Of a stretch of DNA of 64,000 nucleotides, positions 28,753-38,864 are shown one piece after another. The notes beneath the pieces were generated by a model. That model saw nothing but the letters and a program-made list of their open reading frames with translations. It searched no databases and was not told where the DNA came from. Position 1 is the first letter of the stretch, and each line of letters starts with the position of its first letter. The stretch spans positions 1 to 64,000 of the IMG/VR virus record IMGVR_UViG_3300030514_000001; one strand, 5' to 3'. This stretch comes from a virus (taxonomy: Duplodnaviria; Heunggongvirae; Uroviricota; Caudoviricetes; Herelleviridae). The position numbers were made by a program, and so were the translations under genes.

Positions 28753-29018
28753 GAAACGAAATCAAAACCGTCGGAGAGTTAATAGACTTTTTGGGTGATT
28801 TTGATAGGGACAAAGAAGTACTTATAGGTCTTAATGAGTTCTTTGCAGACCATATCCGTCTTTATCATGGTTTAGGTGTAACTGGAGGTAGTCCGTTACT
28901 ATTCGGTATGACAGATAAGTTCGCAAAATACATACATGAAACAGATAGAGAGTTAAAAGATTCGATGGAGTATCCAGAGTTAGCGTACATAAATCGAACA
29001 TCAGCATCAAACAAGTAG
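28749..29018 (+). CDS. hypothetical protein
   Basis: ATGA overlap. Confidence 0.55.
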   Translation: MRNEIKTVGELIDFLGDFDRDKEVLIGLNEFFADHIRLYHGLGVTGGSPLLFGMTDKFAKYIHETDRELKDSMEYPELAYINRTSASNK

Positions 29019-29041
29019 TACATAGGAGGAATTATTAATAT

Positions 29042-30244
29042 ATGGCAAAAAAACAAAATAAAGTATCAGCAGCTCCACTAGATATTGATTTATCTATCTT
29101 AGCAGACGAGAGTATGGGATTAGTACTTTTACAAGATTCTGATTATGCAGAAGTATTAGACAGATTACCGTTATTCTTGCCTCGTATCGATAAAATTCTA
29201 GGTGGGGGATTACCTTTTGGACGTATGATTGAGGTTGCAGGGGTACCATCTGGTGGTAAATCTACTTTCACTCATCACGTATTACGCGTAGCTTCTCGAT
29301 TAGGTTGTATCTGCGTACTGATTGACGTAGAGGGTACGAGTGACAAGCAACGTCTAGCATCACTAGGTATTGATATTTCTAAAGTACTAGTTAAACAGCC
29401 GGACTTAAGTAAAGGTCGCGCATTAACAGTTGAAGAAGTAGGTTCTACTATCGAACAAACTTTAGAAATCTTCAAAGCGAAATACCCTAATGCACCAGTT
29501 GTATACGTTTGGGACTCTGTAGGACAAACTCCTTCTGATGTAGAGTTGGATAAAGACTTTGGTGAACAGAACGTAGGCGCGAGAGCGAAAGCGATTACAC
29601 AGTTCGTAACAAAAGTAACACCAATGATTTCTCAATCTAAATCTTTATTCGTAGGAATTAACCAAGTCCGCGACGATATCGGTGGAAATCCAATGTTCAA
29701 ACAGTACAAAGTACCGGGTGGTAAAGCTTGGGAGCATGCTGCAACATTACGATTAGAGATTAAAAAGAAATCAGCTATCAAAAAAGGTTCGGGAGCTACA
29801 GCAGAACACTTAGGACATACTATGGGTGTTAAAACTCGTAAGTCTAAAGTATCTCCACCATTACAAGAAGCAGAAGCAGCGCTACTATCACTTACTGGTA
29901 TTGACTACGAATACAACATCGCTAAGATGGCGGAAGATGAAAAGATTCTAGGAACTACCGGACAAAGTTATGAGTACACAGATGCTACAGGTGAACACCA
30001 CAAAATGAAGAAAGATAACTTTATCGAATGGTTACGAGACGAAGGTTGCTATGTTCGTCAAGAACTATTAAACAAGTTAATCGTAGCTTCTTATGGTGAT
30101 GCTCCGTACCCAGCATTAAATAACGCAACACTACCGATTACTGGTTGGATTGACCAAGTAGAAGAGGTAACCACAGAAATCGACTTACATAAGGAACCGG
30201 AGAAAAGCCAAGACGACTTAGTAGAAGAGATTTTAAAAGGTTAG
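29042..30244 (+). CDS. RecA-family recombinase (UvsX/RecA-like)
   Basis: GGLPFGRMIEVAGVPSGGKST (RecA Walker A context); 400 aa; RBS ATAGGAGGAAT. Confidence 0.8.
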   Translation: MAKKQNKVSAAPLDIDLSILADESMGLVLLQDSDYAEVLDRLPLFLPRIDKILGGGLPFGRMIEVAGVPSGGKSTFTHHVLRVASRLGCICVLIDVEGTSDKQRLASLGIDISKVLVKQPDLSKGRALTVEEVGSTIEQTLEIFKAKYPNAPVVYVWDSVGQTPSDVELDKDFGEQNVGARAKAITQFVTKVTPMISQSKSLFVGINQVRDDIGGNPMFKQYKVPGGKAWEHAATLRLEIKKKSAIKKGSGATAEHLGHTMGVKTRKSKVSPPLQEAEAALLSLTGIDYEYNIAKMAEDEKILGTTGQSYEYTDATGEHHKMKKDNFIEWLRDEGCYVRQELLNKLIVASYGDAPYPALNNATLPITGWIDQVEEVTTEIDLHKEPEKSQDDLVEEILKG

Positions 30245-30300
30245 GGTAATCCCCTTTCCTTTTTCTCTATTACTATCGTACATCAGAGGGAGGAATTTGT

Positions 30301-30657
30301 TTGACACAATGGAAAGAGACTAGAACGGATATTATTTCCGGAACACTAGATTGTTATAGAGAGAGAACGGTAACTGATGATAACTCTACACCCCTATCAT
30401 ATGCTTTAATCCGTGAGAAGATTCGAAATATTATCAAACAAGATAAGAAAGTCCTATTAGAGATTAAAGACTCTTATAGCACACAAACAGTTATTATCCA
30501 GTTTGAGAAAGCATATGACCGCTGGGCAATGGGTACCTCTATTTGTTACTTCGAGGGAGAGGAGTTACGCGTCCCTTATACAGTCCACTATTCCGATATC
30601 CTCTGTAAAAAGATTGGTGTAAAAACCATATTGGAGGGGATGAACCCTATTGGCTAG
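30301..30657 (+). CDS. hypothetical protein (possible late-transcription accessory factor, gp33-like by position)
   Basis: TTG after GAGGGAGGAA; sits immediately upstream of, and overlapping, a sigma-like gene. Confidence 0.45.
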   Translation: MTQWKETRTDIISGTLDCYRERTVTDDNSTPLSYALIREKIRNIIKQDKKVLLEIKDSYSTQTVIIQFEKAYDRWAMGTSICYFEGEELRVPYTVHYSDILCKKIGVKTILEGMNPIG

Positions 30658-31285
30658 AAACGTAGAAAAAGAAAAAGAGCTTATGTTAAATGGAAATAGG
30701 TTTTTAACGAACACAGACGCTCATACGGGCGTTTTCTCACGAGATGTAGATAAACTATTTGTACAATACAAAAACCTCCGTATGAGCGTGTATAACCAGT
30801 ATAAAGGGTATTTATCTGATGCTGCTACTCGCGCAGAGTTATGGAGCTATATTTCCGAACAGTTTGTAAGGCTTGTAAAAGAGTACGAGATTAATGGTGC
30901 TGTAGACTTTCCGGGCTATGTCCAGAATAAGCTCACACTACGAGTAAAGAACAGCTTCATCAAAGGTAACTATCGCGATAGAAATCGCGTATTCGTTACA
31001 AAGAATGAGGTTGACGTTACGAACCTTCTAGAACGTGTGGAAGTGGCTGATACAGAATTAGATTACTATGAGACACTAGAGTACGTTTTACAAGGCGTAT
31101 CCTTCGATGAGATGGAGAAAGATATCTTGTACTTACTAATGCAAGAGCATAAGGATACATACATAGAACAAACGTTACGAGCGAAGTACCAGAAACAAGG
31201 GGTAACAGTAACAGTTATCCGAGAGAAAATAGCAGATGTACAGGAGTTTGTCAAATTCAAGCTAGAAGCAGCATTGGAGGGTTAG
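30650..31285 (+). CDS. putative phage sigma factor (region-2-like; gp34/gp28-like)
   Basis: VDFPGYVQNKLTLRVKNSFIKG resembles sigma region 2.3/2.4; about 210 aa like the small SPO1 sigma factors. Confidence 0.45.
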   Translation: MARNVEKEKELMLNGNRFLTNTDAHTGVFSRDVDKLFVQYKNLRMSVYNQYKGYLSDAATRAELWSYISEQFVRLVKEYEINGAVDFPGYVQNKLTLRVKNSFIKGNYRDRNRVFVTKNEVDVTNLLERVEVADTELDYYETLEYVLQGVSFDEMEKDILYLLMQEHKDTYIEQTLRAKYQKQGVTVTVIREKIADVQEFVKFKLEAALEG

Positions 31286-31286
31286 T

Positions 31287-31943
31287 ATGCGTAATGGGGG
31301 TAGAAAGAGGGAAGACTTGACAGGACATACTAACGAACGCCTCACTGTAGTACAATACAAGGGCAAGGACGACAGAGGTGTGCATCGCTGGGAGTGTTCT
31401 TGCTCATGCGGTACAGTTAGAGTATTATCCGCTAAACATGCGAAAAGTTATAAGAGCTGTGGTTGCCTTAATAGAGGGACAAAGAAACATGGGTACACAG
31501 GAACAAAGTTATATCAAGTTTGGAGTAACATGAGAACACGTATACTTAACCCTAACCACCCCCAGTACAAAGATTACGGAGGTAGAGGGATAAAAATATG
31601 TGATGAATGGTTAAATGAAGCTACAGGCTCTACTAATTTCTTTGAGTGGGCTAATAATAATGGTTACGAAGAAGGACTTACACTTGATAGAATAGAAGTC
31701 GATGGGGACTATGAACCATCTAACTGCAAATGGAGTACGATGCAGGAACAATGTTTCAATAGGCGTAGTAATGTGAACTACACGTTAAATGGTGAAACCA
31801 AGACTGCTACAGAGTGGTCACTATCATTAGGTGGTTCTAGGTCGTTAGTCCGTGAAAGAATTAGACATGGGTGGTCAGTAGAACGCGCATTAACCGAACC
31901 TGTACATATTGAGAACCAACATAGAACTCCCACTAAAAAGTGA
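31287..31943 (+). CDS. conserved phage protein, 'NPN...YGGRGI-ICDEW' motif family with an N-terminal Cys cluster (paralog of the 8351 gene)
   Basis: CSCSCG...CGC zinc cluster, then YQVWSNMRTRILNPNHPQYKDYGGRGIKICDEWL. Confidence 0.5.
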   Translation: MRNGGRKREDLTGHTNERLTVVQYKGKDDRGVHRWECSCSCGTVRVLSAKHAKSYKSCGCLNRGTKKHGYTGTKLYQVWSNMRTRILNPNHPQYKDYGGRGIKICDEWLNEATGSTNFFEWANNNGYEEGLTLDRIEVDGDYEPSNCKWSTMQEQCFNRRSNVNYTLNGETKTATEWSLSLGGSRSLVRERIRHGWSVERALTEPVHIENQHRTPTKK

Positions 31944-31991
31944 GACTAAGTGTTATATTATAGTAGATAACTAAGGAGAGGTGAATAGTAA

Positions 31992-32291
31992 ATGGAAAAT
32001 CACGAAAAACACGAAATATTTATCCCGCAGGAGGCACCACCAATTTCCCCGGGTACTATTGTCCGTTTTGTTGTGTTCTTAGTAGCTTTAGTAAACGCTG
32101 TAGCTTCTTTACTAGGTCATGAGTTAGGATGGCAAGTAGACCAAAGTGTATTGTATGATGTATTATCTGCATTATTCTTAATGGGTTCCAGCTTACACAT
32201 GGCGTGGAAGAATAACAACATCACGAAACAAGCTCGTATCAAAGCACACGCTACCGAGCAAATTACAATTGAGAAAAAAGGAGACAAGTAA
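31992..32291 (+). CDS. small membrane protein (2 TM)
   Basis: Hydrophobic helices VRFVVFLVALVNAVASLL and VLSALFLMGSSL. Confidence 0.5.
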   Translation: MENHEKHEIFIPQEAPPISPGTIVRFVVFLVALVNAVASLLGHELGWQVDQSVLYDVLSALFLMGSSLHMAWKNNNITKQARIKAHATEQITIEKKGDK

Positions 32292-32293
32292 TT

Positions 32294-32770
32294 ATGGCAA
32301 AGAAATTAGCAGACGTTTTAAAATTAGCAACAGTTAAATTGAATCCGGGAGACTTCTTCGCAACAGTATCACGTTCAGAAGGGTACTTACCATCTCGTGA
32401 GGATACTATCTCATTAGCATTAGGTAAATACTTATTCAAAGTAGTTGACAAAGACGGTGCGCGTTTAGTTGTTCCGATGAAACTAGCTGCGGATAATAAG
32501 AGTCTAGTAGAAGTGTTAGACCGACCAGTTATCGTAGCAAAAGGCACAGAACTTACATACACAGTAGGACGTAACCACCCAACATTCCGTGACGGTTATC
32601 AAGGTCGTGGATTCGAAAAGGTTAAAGGTATCGCTGCTGACAAAATGGATAAAGAAATCGTACTTGCATTCCTTGAGTTCGCTAATACAGAGTTCTCATT
32701 AGGTGTAAACGACTTCCGATTAGGTGGAGACGAATTACTAGATTTAGGTACTCCTCCAGTAACACCATAA
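32294..32770 (+). CDS. hypothetical protein
   Basis: RBS AAAGGAGACAAG; followed by a strong terminator. Confidence 0.55.
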   Translation: MAKKLADVLKLATVKLNPGDFFATVSRSEGYLPSREDTISLALGKYLFKVVDKDGARLVVPMKLAADNKSLVEVLDRPVIVAKGTELTYTVGRNHPTFRDGYQGRGFEKVKGIAADKMDKEIVLAFLEFANTEFSLGVNDFRLGGDELLDLGTPPVTP

Positions 32771-32788
32771 GTGAATAAATAACAAAGA

Positions 32789-32819
32789 GTAGAAGGTGTA
32801 AAAACCTTCTATTTTTTTA
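32789..32819 (+). terminator. rho-independent terminator
   Basis: TAGAAGGT...ACCTTCTA stem plus T7. Confidence 0.7.
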
Positions 32820-32831
32820 TGCATAAAACTA

Positions 32832-32860
32832 TTGACTTTTGGTAGATTAGTTGGTAGAAT
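32832..32860 (+). promoter_or_regulatory. sigma-A-type promoter (TTGACT-17-TAGAAT)
   Basis: After a strong terminator. Confidence 0.6.
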
Positions 32861-32890
32861 ATTCTTATGATGAAGAAAGGAGGAGTATGT

Positions 32891-33835
32891 TTGGAGAAAG
32901 AAATCTTAAAAGTGTTTGTTCCACCATCGTTTGAAGGAGTCACAGGTGTAGCGGTTCTAGAAGAATTATTTCTGAACAGCAATATCGATGTGGAGGTGGA
33001 ATATACAAAAACTCTCGATTTCCGAGATGTTAGTAGATTTAAAGGATACAACAACATCATTGTACTAGGTATTGCGTATATGGGTGGGAACTTACCAGTA
33101 GAATTTACTATTGAACTAAACAACCCGTTTACGAACTTCATTCATGTAGCTACATATGGTGAAGAATTACCGGGTGAACATATTATATCTAGAGTGGTAG
33201 AAGATAAAGACCCAATTATAGATGTGTATGATATCCTACAGAGAAGCAATATGTTCCCGTACATCCAGTATGAAGGTGACTGGGAATCAGGAAAAGCAAA
33301 ACAATTAGCGGTAGTAGCTAATAAATATCGTACTTGGACATGGTATGATGATAAGTTAACGAAATACTTACTAGCTATGTACAATGCGATGGGTAAGTAT
33401 ATGCCTACTGCACTAGCAGGTAAGACAATACAACAAGCAGTAACAGATAACAAGTGCGTAATAGCCGGGCAAATGATGGCTATGTCAGAATACATAAAAG
33501 ATAAAATTGAACAAACAAAGACAGCAGATATCGTAATTAACGATGTGCCGTGTAAGTTAAAGGTTGTCTTTGCAGATAGATACATAAATGAGATTGCAAA
33601 TAGATTACTAGAAGTTGGTTATCAAGAGGCACCTACAGTTGTATGTGTAGGACGAGCTACGAAAGGTAACGATATGTTCTCTGTCCGCACTAAAGGTGTA
33701 GACGCGAGAGAGTTTATCAAAGGTGTTAGTGGACGAGCTACAGGTAAAGAGAATGTAGGAAGTCTATTTGTACAAATTAGCTACGCAGAATTGATGAAAA
33801 ATTCGATGGTTACATTACTTAGCGGCGATATTTAA
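32891..33835 (+). CDS. hypothetical protein
   Basis: TTG 6 nt after AAAGGAGGA; the track ATG at 32867 coincides with the predicted transcription start of the upstream promoter. Confidence 0.5.
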   Translation: MEKEILKVFVPPSFEGVTGVAVLEELFLNSNIDVEVEYTKTLDFRDVSRFKGYNNIIVLGIAYMGGNLPVEFTIELNNPFTNFIHVATYGEELPGEHIISRVVEDKDPIIDVYDILQRSNMFPYIQYEGDWESGKAKQLAVVANKYRTWTWYDDKLTKYLLAMYNAMGKYMPTALAGKTIQQAVTDNKCVIAGQMMAMSEYIKDKIEQTKTADIVINDVPCKLKVVFADRYINEIANRLLEVGYQEAPTVVCVGRATKGNDMFSVRTKGVDAREFIKGVSGRATGKENVGSLFVQISYAELMKNSMVTLLSGDI

Positions 33836-33848
33836 AGGAGGAAACAAT

Positions 33849-35153
33849 TTGACGAACAAGAAAGACACAAGAGTAGAAGGTTACTTAGGTACTTCTGCTG
33901 TCATCATGGGTTACTTAAAACGAGAGCGAGGTCATGTACCTTTATCCATTTTCAATAAACTATTTAAAGAAGTAGGATATGAAAGTGTAACGCTTAAAGA
34001 CTTGCAGGAGATAGCTAATCACGTTAACGACGCGGATACACTAACTATGCTATACGAGTTAGCTGTAAAGGGTGAAATCACTTTAGATAACATCCCGGGA
34101 TTAAAAGTTGACGAAGAAGAAAGTGAACCTAAGTTAACTGAGAAAGATGTATTTCCGATGGTAACACCATACATAACTGAAAAAGAGAATAACATGGCGA
34201 ACCTTCGTGAGTTCCGTAAGATGCAACGTGATGGTACCGCGATGAAGTTGCTCTTCGAGAGCCTTAAAAAAGAGCTGATTGAGGAGCTTAAAGACCTTCC
34301 TAGAGCTAAATACATTACCACGGAGAGAAAACCGCCACAGCAGGGCGACAAGAGCCTTATTCTGTGTTTTAGCGATTGGCATGTAGGAATGTATGTCATT
34401 AACGAAACGACAGGCGGTTACAACTTCGATATGTTGACAAGTTATGCAGATAATATCGTAGAAGAAACATTGCGATTAGTAAAAGAGCAGGACATCAAAC
34501 ATCTATACGTGTACAACTTAGGGGATATTACAGAACACATTAATATGCGTAATGTAAACCAAGCGTTTGATGCAGAGATGCACTTGTCACAACAAATCGC
34601 AACTGCTACACGATTAACAGTAGATATCTTAAGTAAGTTGTCGAAACACTTACACGTTACCTATACTCAAATTGCTGGTAACCATGATAGAATGCAAACT
34701 TCTAAGAATGACGTAATCAGTGGAGATAGTACAGCATATATCTTACTCTCTACTTTAATCATGCTGCAAGAGGATTTAGGACAACTTCCTAATGTTACTG
34801 TAGTAGATAATCGTGAATCTATGTACGCGCATACACAGGAGATTGCGGGATTAACAGTAAAAGCAGTACATGGTGACAAAGAGAAGAAAGGTTTACATAA
34901 CATTATCGGAAAGCACGTTAAAACGAAGCTTATTGATTTAATTATTATGGGTCACTTCCATTCTACTTTAATCCAACAAGAGGATTACGCACGATACAAA
35001 GTGGTAGTAGGTAGCCCGCAAGGAGAAAATGACTTCTCTAAAGATAACAACATGTCTTCAAGTTTTGGCTCCCAGATGATTATTATCCTAGAAGAAGGTC
35101 GTAAGTCTCCAGTATTTTACCCAATTATGTTAAAAGAAGGAGAGATTATTTAG
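33849..35153 (+). CDS. metallophosphoesterase (calcineurin-like), second copy
   Basis: LILCFSDWHVG (D-x-H), LGDITEH, IAGNHDRM, MGHFHS motifs; 434 aa. Confidence 0.6.
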   Translation: MTNKKDTRVEGYLGTSAVIMGYLKRERGHVPLSIFNKLFKEVGYESVTLKDLQEIANHVNDADTLTMLYELAVKGEITLDNIPGLKVDEEESEPKLTEKDVFPMVTPYITEKENNMANLREFRKMQRDGTAMKLLFESLKKELIEELKDLPRAKYITTERKPPQQGDKSLILCFSDWHVGMYVINETTGGYNFDMLTSYADNIVEETLRLVKEQDIKHLYVYNLGDITEHINMRNVNQAFDAEMHLSQQIATATRLTVDILSKLSKHLHVTYTQIAGNHDRMQTSKNDVISGDSTAYILLSTLIMLQEDLGQLPNVTVVDNRESMYAHTQEIAGLTVKAVHGDKEKKGLHNIIGKHVKTKLIDLIIMGHFHSTLIQQEDYARYKVVVGSPQGENDFSKDNNMSSSFGSQMIIILEEGRKSPVFYPIMLKEGEII

Positions 35154-35462
35154 ATGGGTATGTTAAAAGATGGAATTTCAATAAGAGAGATAGGTTCTGT
35201 TAAAGGGGAAAGTAAAAAAACATCTTACATACTGACACTAAACACAGCTAAAGGTGTGAAAGATATCCCGTGCGGAGAGAAACCAAGCAATGATTTAATC
35301 AAAAGTCTAATAAAACTATCCGAAGCTTACAAAGCTACATTGACAGAGGTTACGTCTGTAACTACAGAGTATCAAGGTAAAGAGCCGCATACGATGTACT
35401 TTAATAGTAATGATTGGAAGCATGTCGGATTGATGGTAGACACAAAAAGAGGAGGACTTTAA
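35154..35462 (+). CDS. hypothetical protein
   Basis: RBS AAGAAGGAGAG. Confidence 0.55.
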   Translation: MGMLKDGISIREIGSVKGESKKTSYILTLNTAKGVKDIPCGEKPSNDLIKSLIKLSEAYKATLTEVTSVTTEYQGKEPHTMYFNSNDWKHVGLMVDTKRGGL

Positions 35463-35463
35463 A

Positions 35464-35853
35464 ATGGGAAAACAAGTACAAATCGGTAGCATCATGCCAA
35501 AGACTTTAGAAGAGTTAAGAGGAGAGGCACCCGTGTTAGCAAAATGGTATAAAACACTTACGGTTACGCAAGAGTTAGTCATTCAACTAGGTGGAACGTC
35601 TACACTAGTTATTCCGTTGAAGAAATACCCTACAGATGAAGAAGTAGCGACAGTAGTAAAGATAGCAGGAGGGTACGGAGCTAAAATAGTAACTACTTCT
35701 GTAGAAACAAAACCTTACGATTTAATTGATGCGGAAGACGTTGACATGCATTACGGCTGCCACGAGGAGTTGCGAGATTCACCAGTACACATTTTTAACA
35801 CTGAGGAGATTCGAAAAGCTGTTCGTGAACGTATAAAGGAGGGCATGGAGTGA
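35464..35853 (+). CDS. hypothetical protein
   Basis: RBS AAAAGAGGAGGAC. Confidence 0.55.
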   Translation: MGKQVQIGSIMPKTLEELRGEAPVLAKWYKTLTVTQELVIQLGGTSTLVIPLKKYPTDEEVATVVKIAGGYGAKIVTTSVETKPYDLIDAEDVDMHYGCHEELRDSPVHIFNTEEIRKAVRERIKEGME

Positions 35854-36239
35854 CATTATCAACTACCTATCTAGTACTTCTAGCTTGTCTAGGAGCTAGT
35901 ATTGTAATCAAATACACCGAAAACATTCTTGGTTTAATCCAAGAGGTTAAGGCGATTAAAGCAAAGGGAGAAACACCGCTAACTGGTCAAACAGTAGGTT
36001 GCATCGCTGTAGGGTTTGCAGTTGAACTAGGAACCTCTACACTTCTAGTAATGCTATTGAACGATAGATGGGATTTACCTGCTAACTTGTGGGCGCTAGT
36101 ATTATTCATCGGTATTTACGTGATTCGTAATATAGCTGCTTATCTAGTTGTATGGGGTTACTGGTCTGTTGTCGTTAAACTAGGTACGAAGAAAGTGAAA
36201 CAAGAATTACTAGAGGAAATTGGAGAAGAGGGGAAATAA
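35850..36239 (+). CDS. membrane protein (3-4 TM)
   Basis: GTG after AAGGAGGG; hydrophobic helices throughout. Confidence 0.5.
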   Translation: MTLSTTYLVLLACLGASIVIKYTENILGLIQEVKAIKAKGETPLTGQTVGCIAVGFAVELGTSTLLVMLLNDRWDLPANLWALVLFIGIYVIRNIAAYLVVWGYWSVVVKLGTKKVKQELLEEIGEEGK

Positions 36240-36251
36240 CCTCTTCTTTTT
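36224..36251 (+). terminator. rho-independent terminator
   Basis: AGAAGAGG...CCTCTTCT stem plus T-run. Confidence 0.65.
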
Positions 36252-36255
36252 CTTG

Positions 36256-36284
36256 TTGACAAGCAGTAAATAGAATGCTAGTAT
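36256..36284 (+). promoter_or_regulatory. sigma-A-type promoter (TTGACA-17-TAGTAT)
   Basis: After a terminator. Confidence 0.55.
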
Positions 36285-36315
36285 TACATTATAATATGAG
36301 AGGAGGAATTATAGT

Positions 36316-36555
36316 ATGAGTAAAGTAGTAAGAGCAAATAGTAGTGTGCAAAGTACATATGAAGTCATCGTAGGTAATGATTATGCAGAGGTAGCGGTAA
36401 ATGAGTCGAGAAATAAAACGATATCGGTAAAAGGGGAACCAACAACAGAACAACTACAGCATATCCTTGAAATGACCGGGTGTGAGTTGGTTAAAGTTAT
36501 CGAAAATACTACAGCAATTACAATGTACAAGTATAAAGATGGGTGGGCTTTATAA
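36316..36555 (+). CDS. hypothetical protein
   Basis: RBS GAGAGGAGGAAT. Confidence 0.55.
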   Translation: MSKVVRANSSVQSTYEVIVGNDYAEVAVNESRNKTISVKGEPTTEQLQHILEMTGCELVKVIENTTAITMYKYKDGWAL

Positions 36556-36556
36556 T

Positions 36557-36892
36557 ATGTTTGAATTTTTTAAAAGGAAGCGATGCCCTCAATGCGGAGA
36601 AGAATTACGGATGTTCAAAGAGGTAGATTATTGTTCGTTAAATTGTGCAGCTATAGCTAAGTCTCATGAACTGGACGCAACCCAATACATAACAAACCCT
36701 GCAATAGATGTAATATATGATGCAACATGCGAGGTAAAAGGATTTAAACCAGATGCAGCAGAGGTAGTCAGAATATATAGAAGAATACCAGAACGCATAC
36801 ATAATGAAGCTAGAATATGGGGATGGCAAGATACACTAGTACGAGAGAGTGTATATGAATTTTTGGAAGGAGAGTTGAAGTGTGAAGAATGA
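36557..36892 (+). CDS. hypothetical zinc-binding protein
   Basis: CPQCGEE...CSLNC motif; start set just after the upstream stop. Confidence 0.45.
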   Translation: MFEFFKRKRCPQCGEELRMFKEVDYCSLNCAAIAKSHELDATQYITNPAIDVIYDATCEVKGFKPDAAEVVRIYRRIPERIHNEARIWGWQDTLVRESVYEFLEGELKCEE

Positions 36893-37502
36893 CCAAGATA
36901 TATTCGCACTGTCGAATAAGCATTTAACGTATTACAAGCGTGGTGCCTTAACAGTTAATGGAGCGCCGCTTTATATTGTCGAACTGGTGAAAGAACCGGG
37001 AACAGCTTTATACGCAGTTGTATACGATGTACATACGCCTCATCCAGTAGGACAAGGTATTAAACCGAAAAAGAAAGCTAGAAAAGTATCAACTAAGATT
37101 AACACATTTAGTACAAAGACAGTACTAGGTAGACTTGCAAATAGCGTGATTCCATCTAAGAAGCAAGAGTCATGGGTAGAGGAACCGCCTCTGTTTATTG
37201 CCCCAATCGTACCGAATGGTATATCTACTTTAACAGGTAAGCGTGAAGATGGATTCTTTGAACGAGAAAGAGACACACAACGTAGTATTGGTGGAGAATT
37301 AAAATGGGAACGCGGAGAAAATACAGGCGTATTCATTGGACTTTCTTCTATTACATGGTTTGAAGACCTATCTATCCCGGTAGAATCTATCGTAAAAGCT
37401 CTTATTAGAGAACAGCAAGAGCAGAGTGATTTCTTCGACCTTACAGGTAACAATGAAGATAGCTCTAATCCGCTATCAAGATACTACAAAAGTTTAGAAT
37501 AA
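36882..37502 (+). CDS. hypothetical protein
   Basis: GTG after GGAAGGAGAG. Confidence 0.5.
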   Translation: MKNDQDIFALSNKHLTYYKRGALTVNGAPLYIVELVKEPGTALYAVVYDVHTPHPVGQGIKPKKKARKVSTKINTFSTKTVLGRLANSVIPSKKQESWVEEPPLFIAPIVPNGISTLTGKREDGFFERERDTQRSIGGELKWERGENTGVFIGLSSITWFEDLSIPVESIVKALIREQQEQSDFFDLTGNNEDSSNPLSRYYKSLE

Positions 37503-37507
37503 AGTTG

Positions 37508-37536
37508 TTGACTTTTAGGAAATGATAGTTTACTAT
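37508..37536 (+). promoter_or_regulatory. sigma-A-type promoter (TTGACT-17-TACTAT), member of the conserved GTTGTTGACTTT family
   Basis: AAGTTGTTGACTTTTAG upstream context shared with other copies. Confidence 0.6.
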
Positions 37537-37567
37537 AAATATATAAGATATTAAAGGGGGAACCGAA

Positions 37568-37975
37568 ATGGATTTACTAGGATTTTTAAAGAAGAAGTTG
37601 TACCGTAAGGAATGCTGGGCGGAAGTACCGTTCAGAGGATTCGTATTCTTACCGGAAGGTAACTATCCAGCAGATATCTATACGGTAGCAGTTAGAGAGA
37701 AAAAGAAGTTATTTGGTAAAGAGGAGTATTATTTAGAGTATGAAATTTTCTTGGACGAGCCTATTCCAGTACCTTCACCAAAAGATGGTAGCGTTCCGAT
37801 GAACTTGTTCCAGCAGAAGGTAAGAGGAGCTACGGGGTATAAACAAGCCTTAAGTTGGTTAGCGAACAACATTGAGTGGAGAAGAATGTTTGAAAGTGAA
37901 GAAGGATGGGACAAGAACGTTACATACAAGAATGTAGAATTTGATAAGCCGCTATTCGGAGCGGACACGGAGTGA
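37568..37975 (+). CDS. hypothetical protein
   Basis: RBS AAAGGGGGAAC; follows an early-type promoter. Confidence 0.55.
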   Translation: MDLLGFLKKKLYRKECWAEVPFRGFVFLPEGNYPADIYTVAVREKKKLFGKEEYYLEYEIFLDEPIPVPSPKDGSVPMNLFQQKVRGATGYKQALSWLANNIEWRRMFESEEGWDKNVTYKNVEFDKPLFGADTE

Positions 37976-37979
37976 TTAA

Positions 37980-38696
37980 ATGGCAAAGAAGAAGTTCTAT
38001 GAGCAAGATATTAAGGAGTTAATCCTAAATAAAAGGCATGTGTTCATCAAGGACAAGTCTACAAAGTCAATTGTGTTATTTGAAAAAGCAATAGATATTG
38101 GTAGCTGTATCGCGGATTGTCTTATCTTCACTGAGAATGAGTTAATTGGTGTAGAGATTAAAACCGAGAGAGACAGTACGAAGCGACTAAATAACCAGCT
38201 AAAGAGTTACAGTACAATTTGTGATAGAGTTTACGTTCTAGTACATGATAAACATGTAGAGAAGACAGAAGAGATTCTAGAACGAAATGGTCACGGTCAT
38301 GTAGGTATTGTGAGCTACACCGAGTTCCGTGAAGAGCCTGTAGTCGGTATCTACAAGGAAAGCTATAAGTCGCCTAAGAAGAACGTATACACGATGTATC
38401 ACTCGTTACTATGGAAGGATGAAGTTAATCAGCTTTTAGGCTCTATGAAGCGACAGGTGGCTACTCTAGAAGAGTTTGGATTAAATGTATCTACAGCAGA
38501 TAGTCGTAACGAGAAAGGGCTTAACGGTCTTCTAGTGAAATCTATGGCTAGTAAACGTCTTCGCAAAGGTGACATGATTAAAATGATTATAGGTAGATTA
38601 GGAGAAACGAAATCCAATTCGCTCCTATGCAATATATACATAAACAAGAAGTTACACATTGAGAAAAATCTAAGGTATTATCACTTTAAAAACTAA
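37980..38696 (+). CDS. putative PD-(D/E)xK-family nuclease
   Basis: IADCLIF...ELIGVEIKTERD fits the D-x(n)-E-x-K core; 238 aa. Confidence 0.4.
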   Translation: MAKKKFYEQDIKELILNKRHVFIKDKSTKSIVLFEKAIDIGSCIADCLIFTENELIGVEIKTERDSTKRLNNQLKSYSTICDRVYVLVHDKHVEKTEEILERNGHGHVGIVSYTEFREEPVVGIYKESYKSPKKNVYTMYHSLLWKDEVNQLLGSMKRQVATLEEFGLNVSTADSRNEKGLNGLLVKSMASKRLRKGDMIKMIIGRLGETKSNSLLCNIYINKKLHIEKNLRYYHFKN

Positions 38697-38708
38697 GGGG
38701 GAATTACA

Positions 38709-38864
38709 ATGGCAATATCAGAAAAGTTAGAAACGTTATTACGATTAAAGGAAGTAGCGGAGAACACGGATTTAGATTTTCATGAGGTTGTAACATCTAT
38801 TACAGAGTGGGAACGCCTGTCAGAGCGAGATAAATCAGCGAAGGAGGTAGAACCAAAATGTTAG
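38709..38864 (+). CDS. hypothetical small protein
   Basis: 51 aa, RBS AAGGGGGAATTAC; not in the track. Confidence 0.35.
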   Translation: MAISEKLETLLRLKEVAENTDLDFHEVVTSITEWERLSERDKSAKEVEPKC

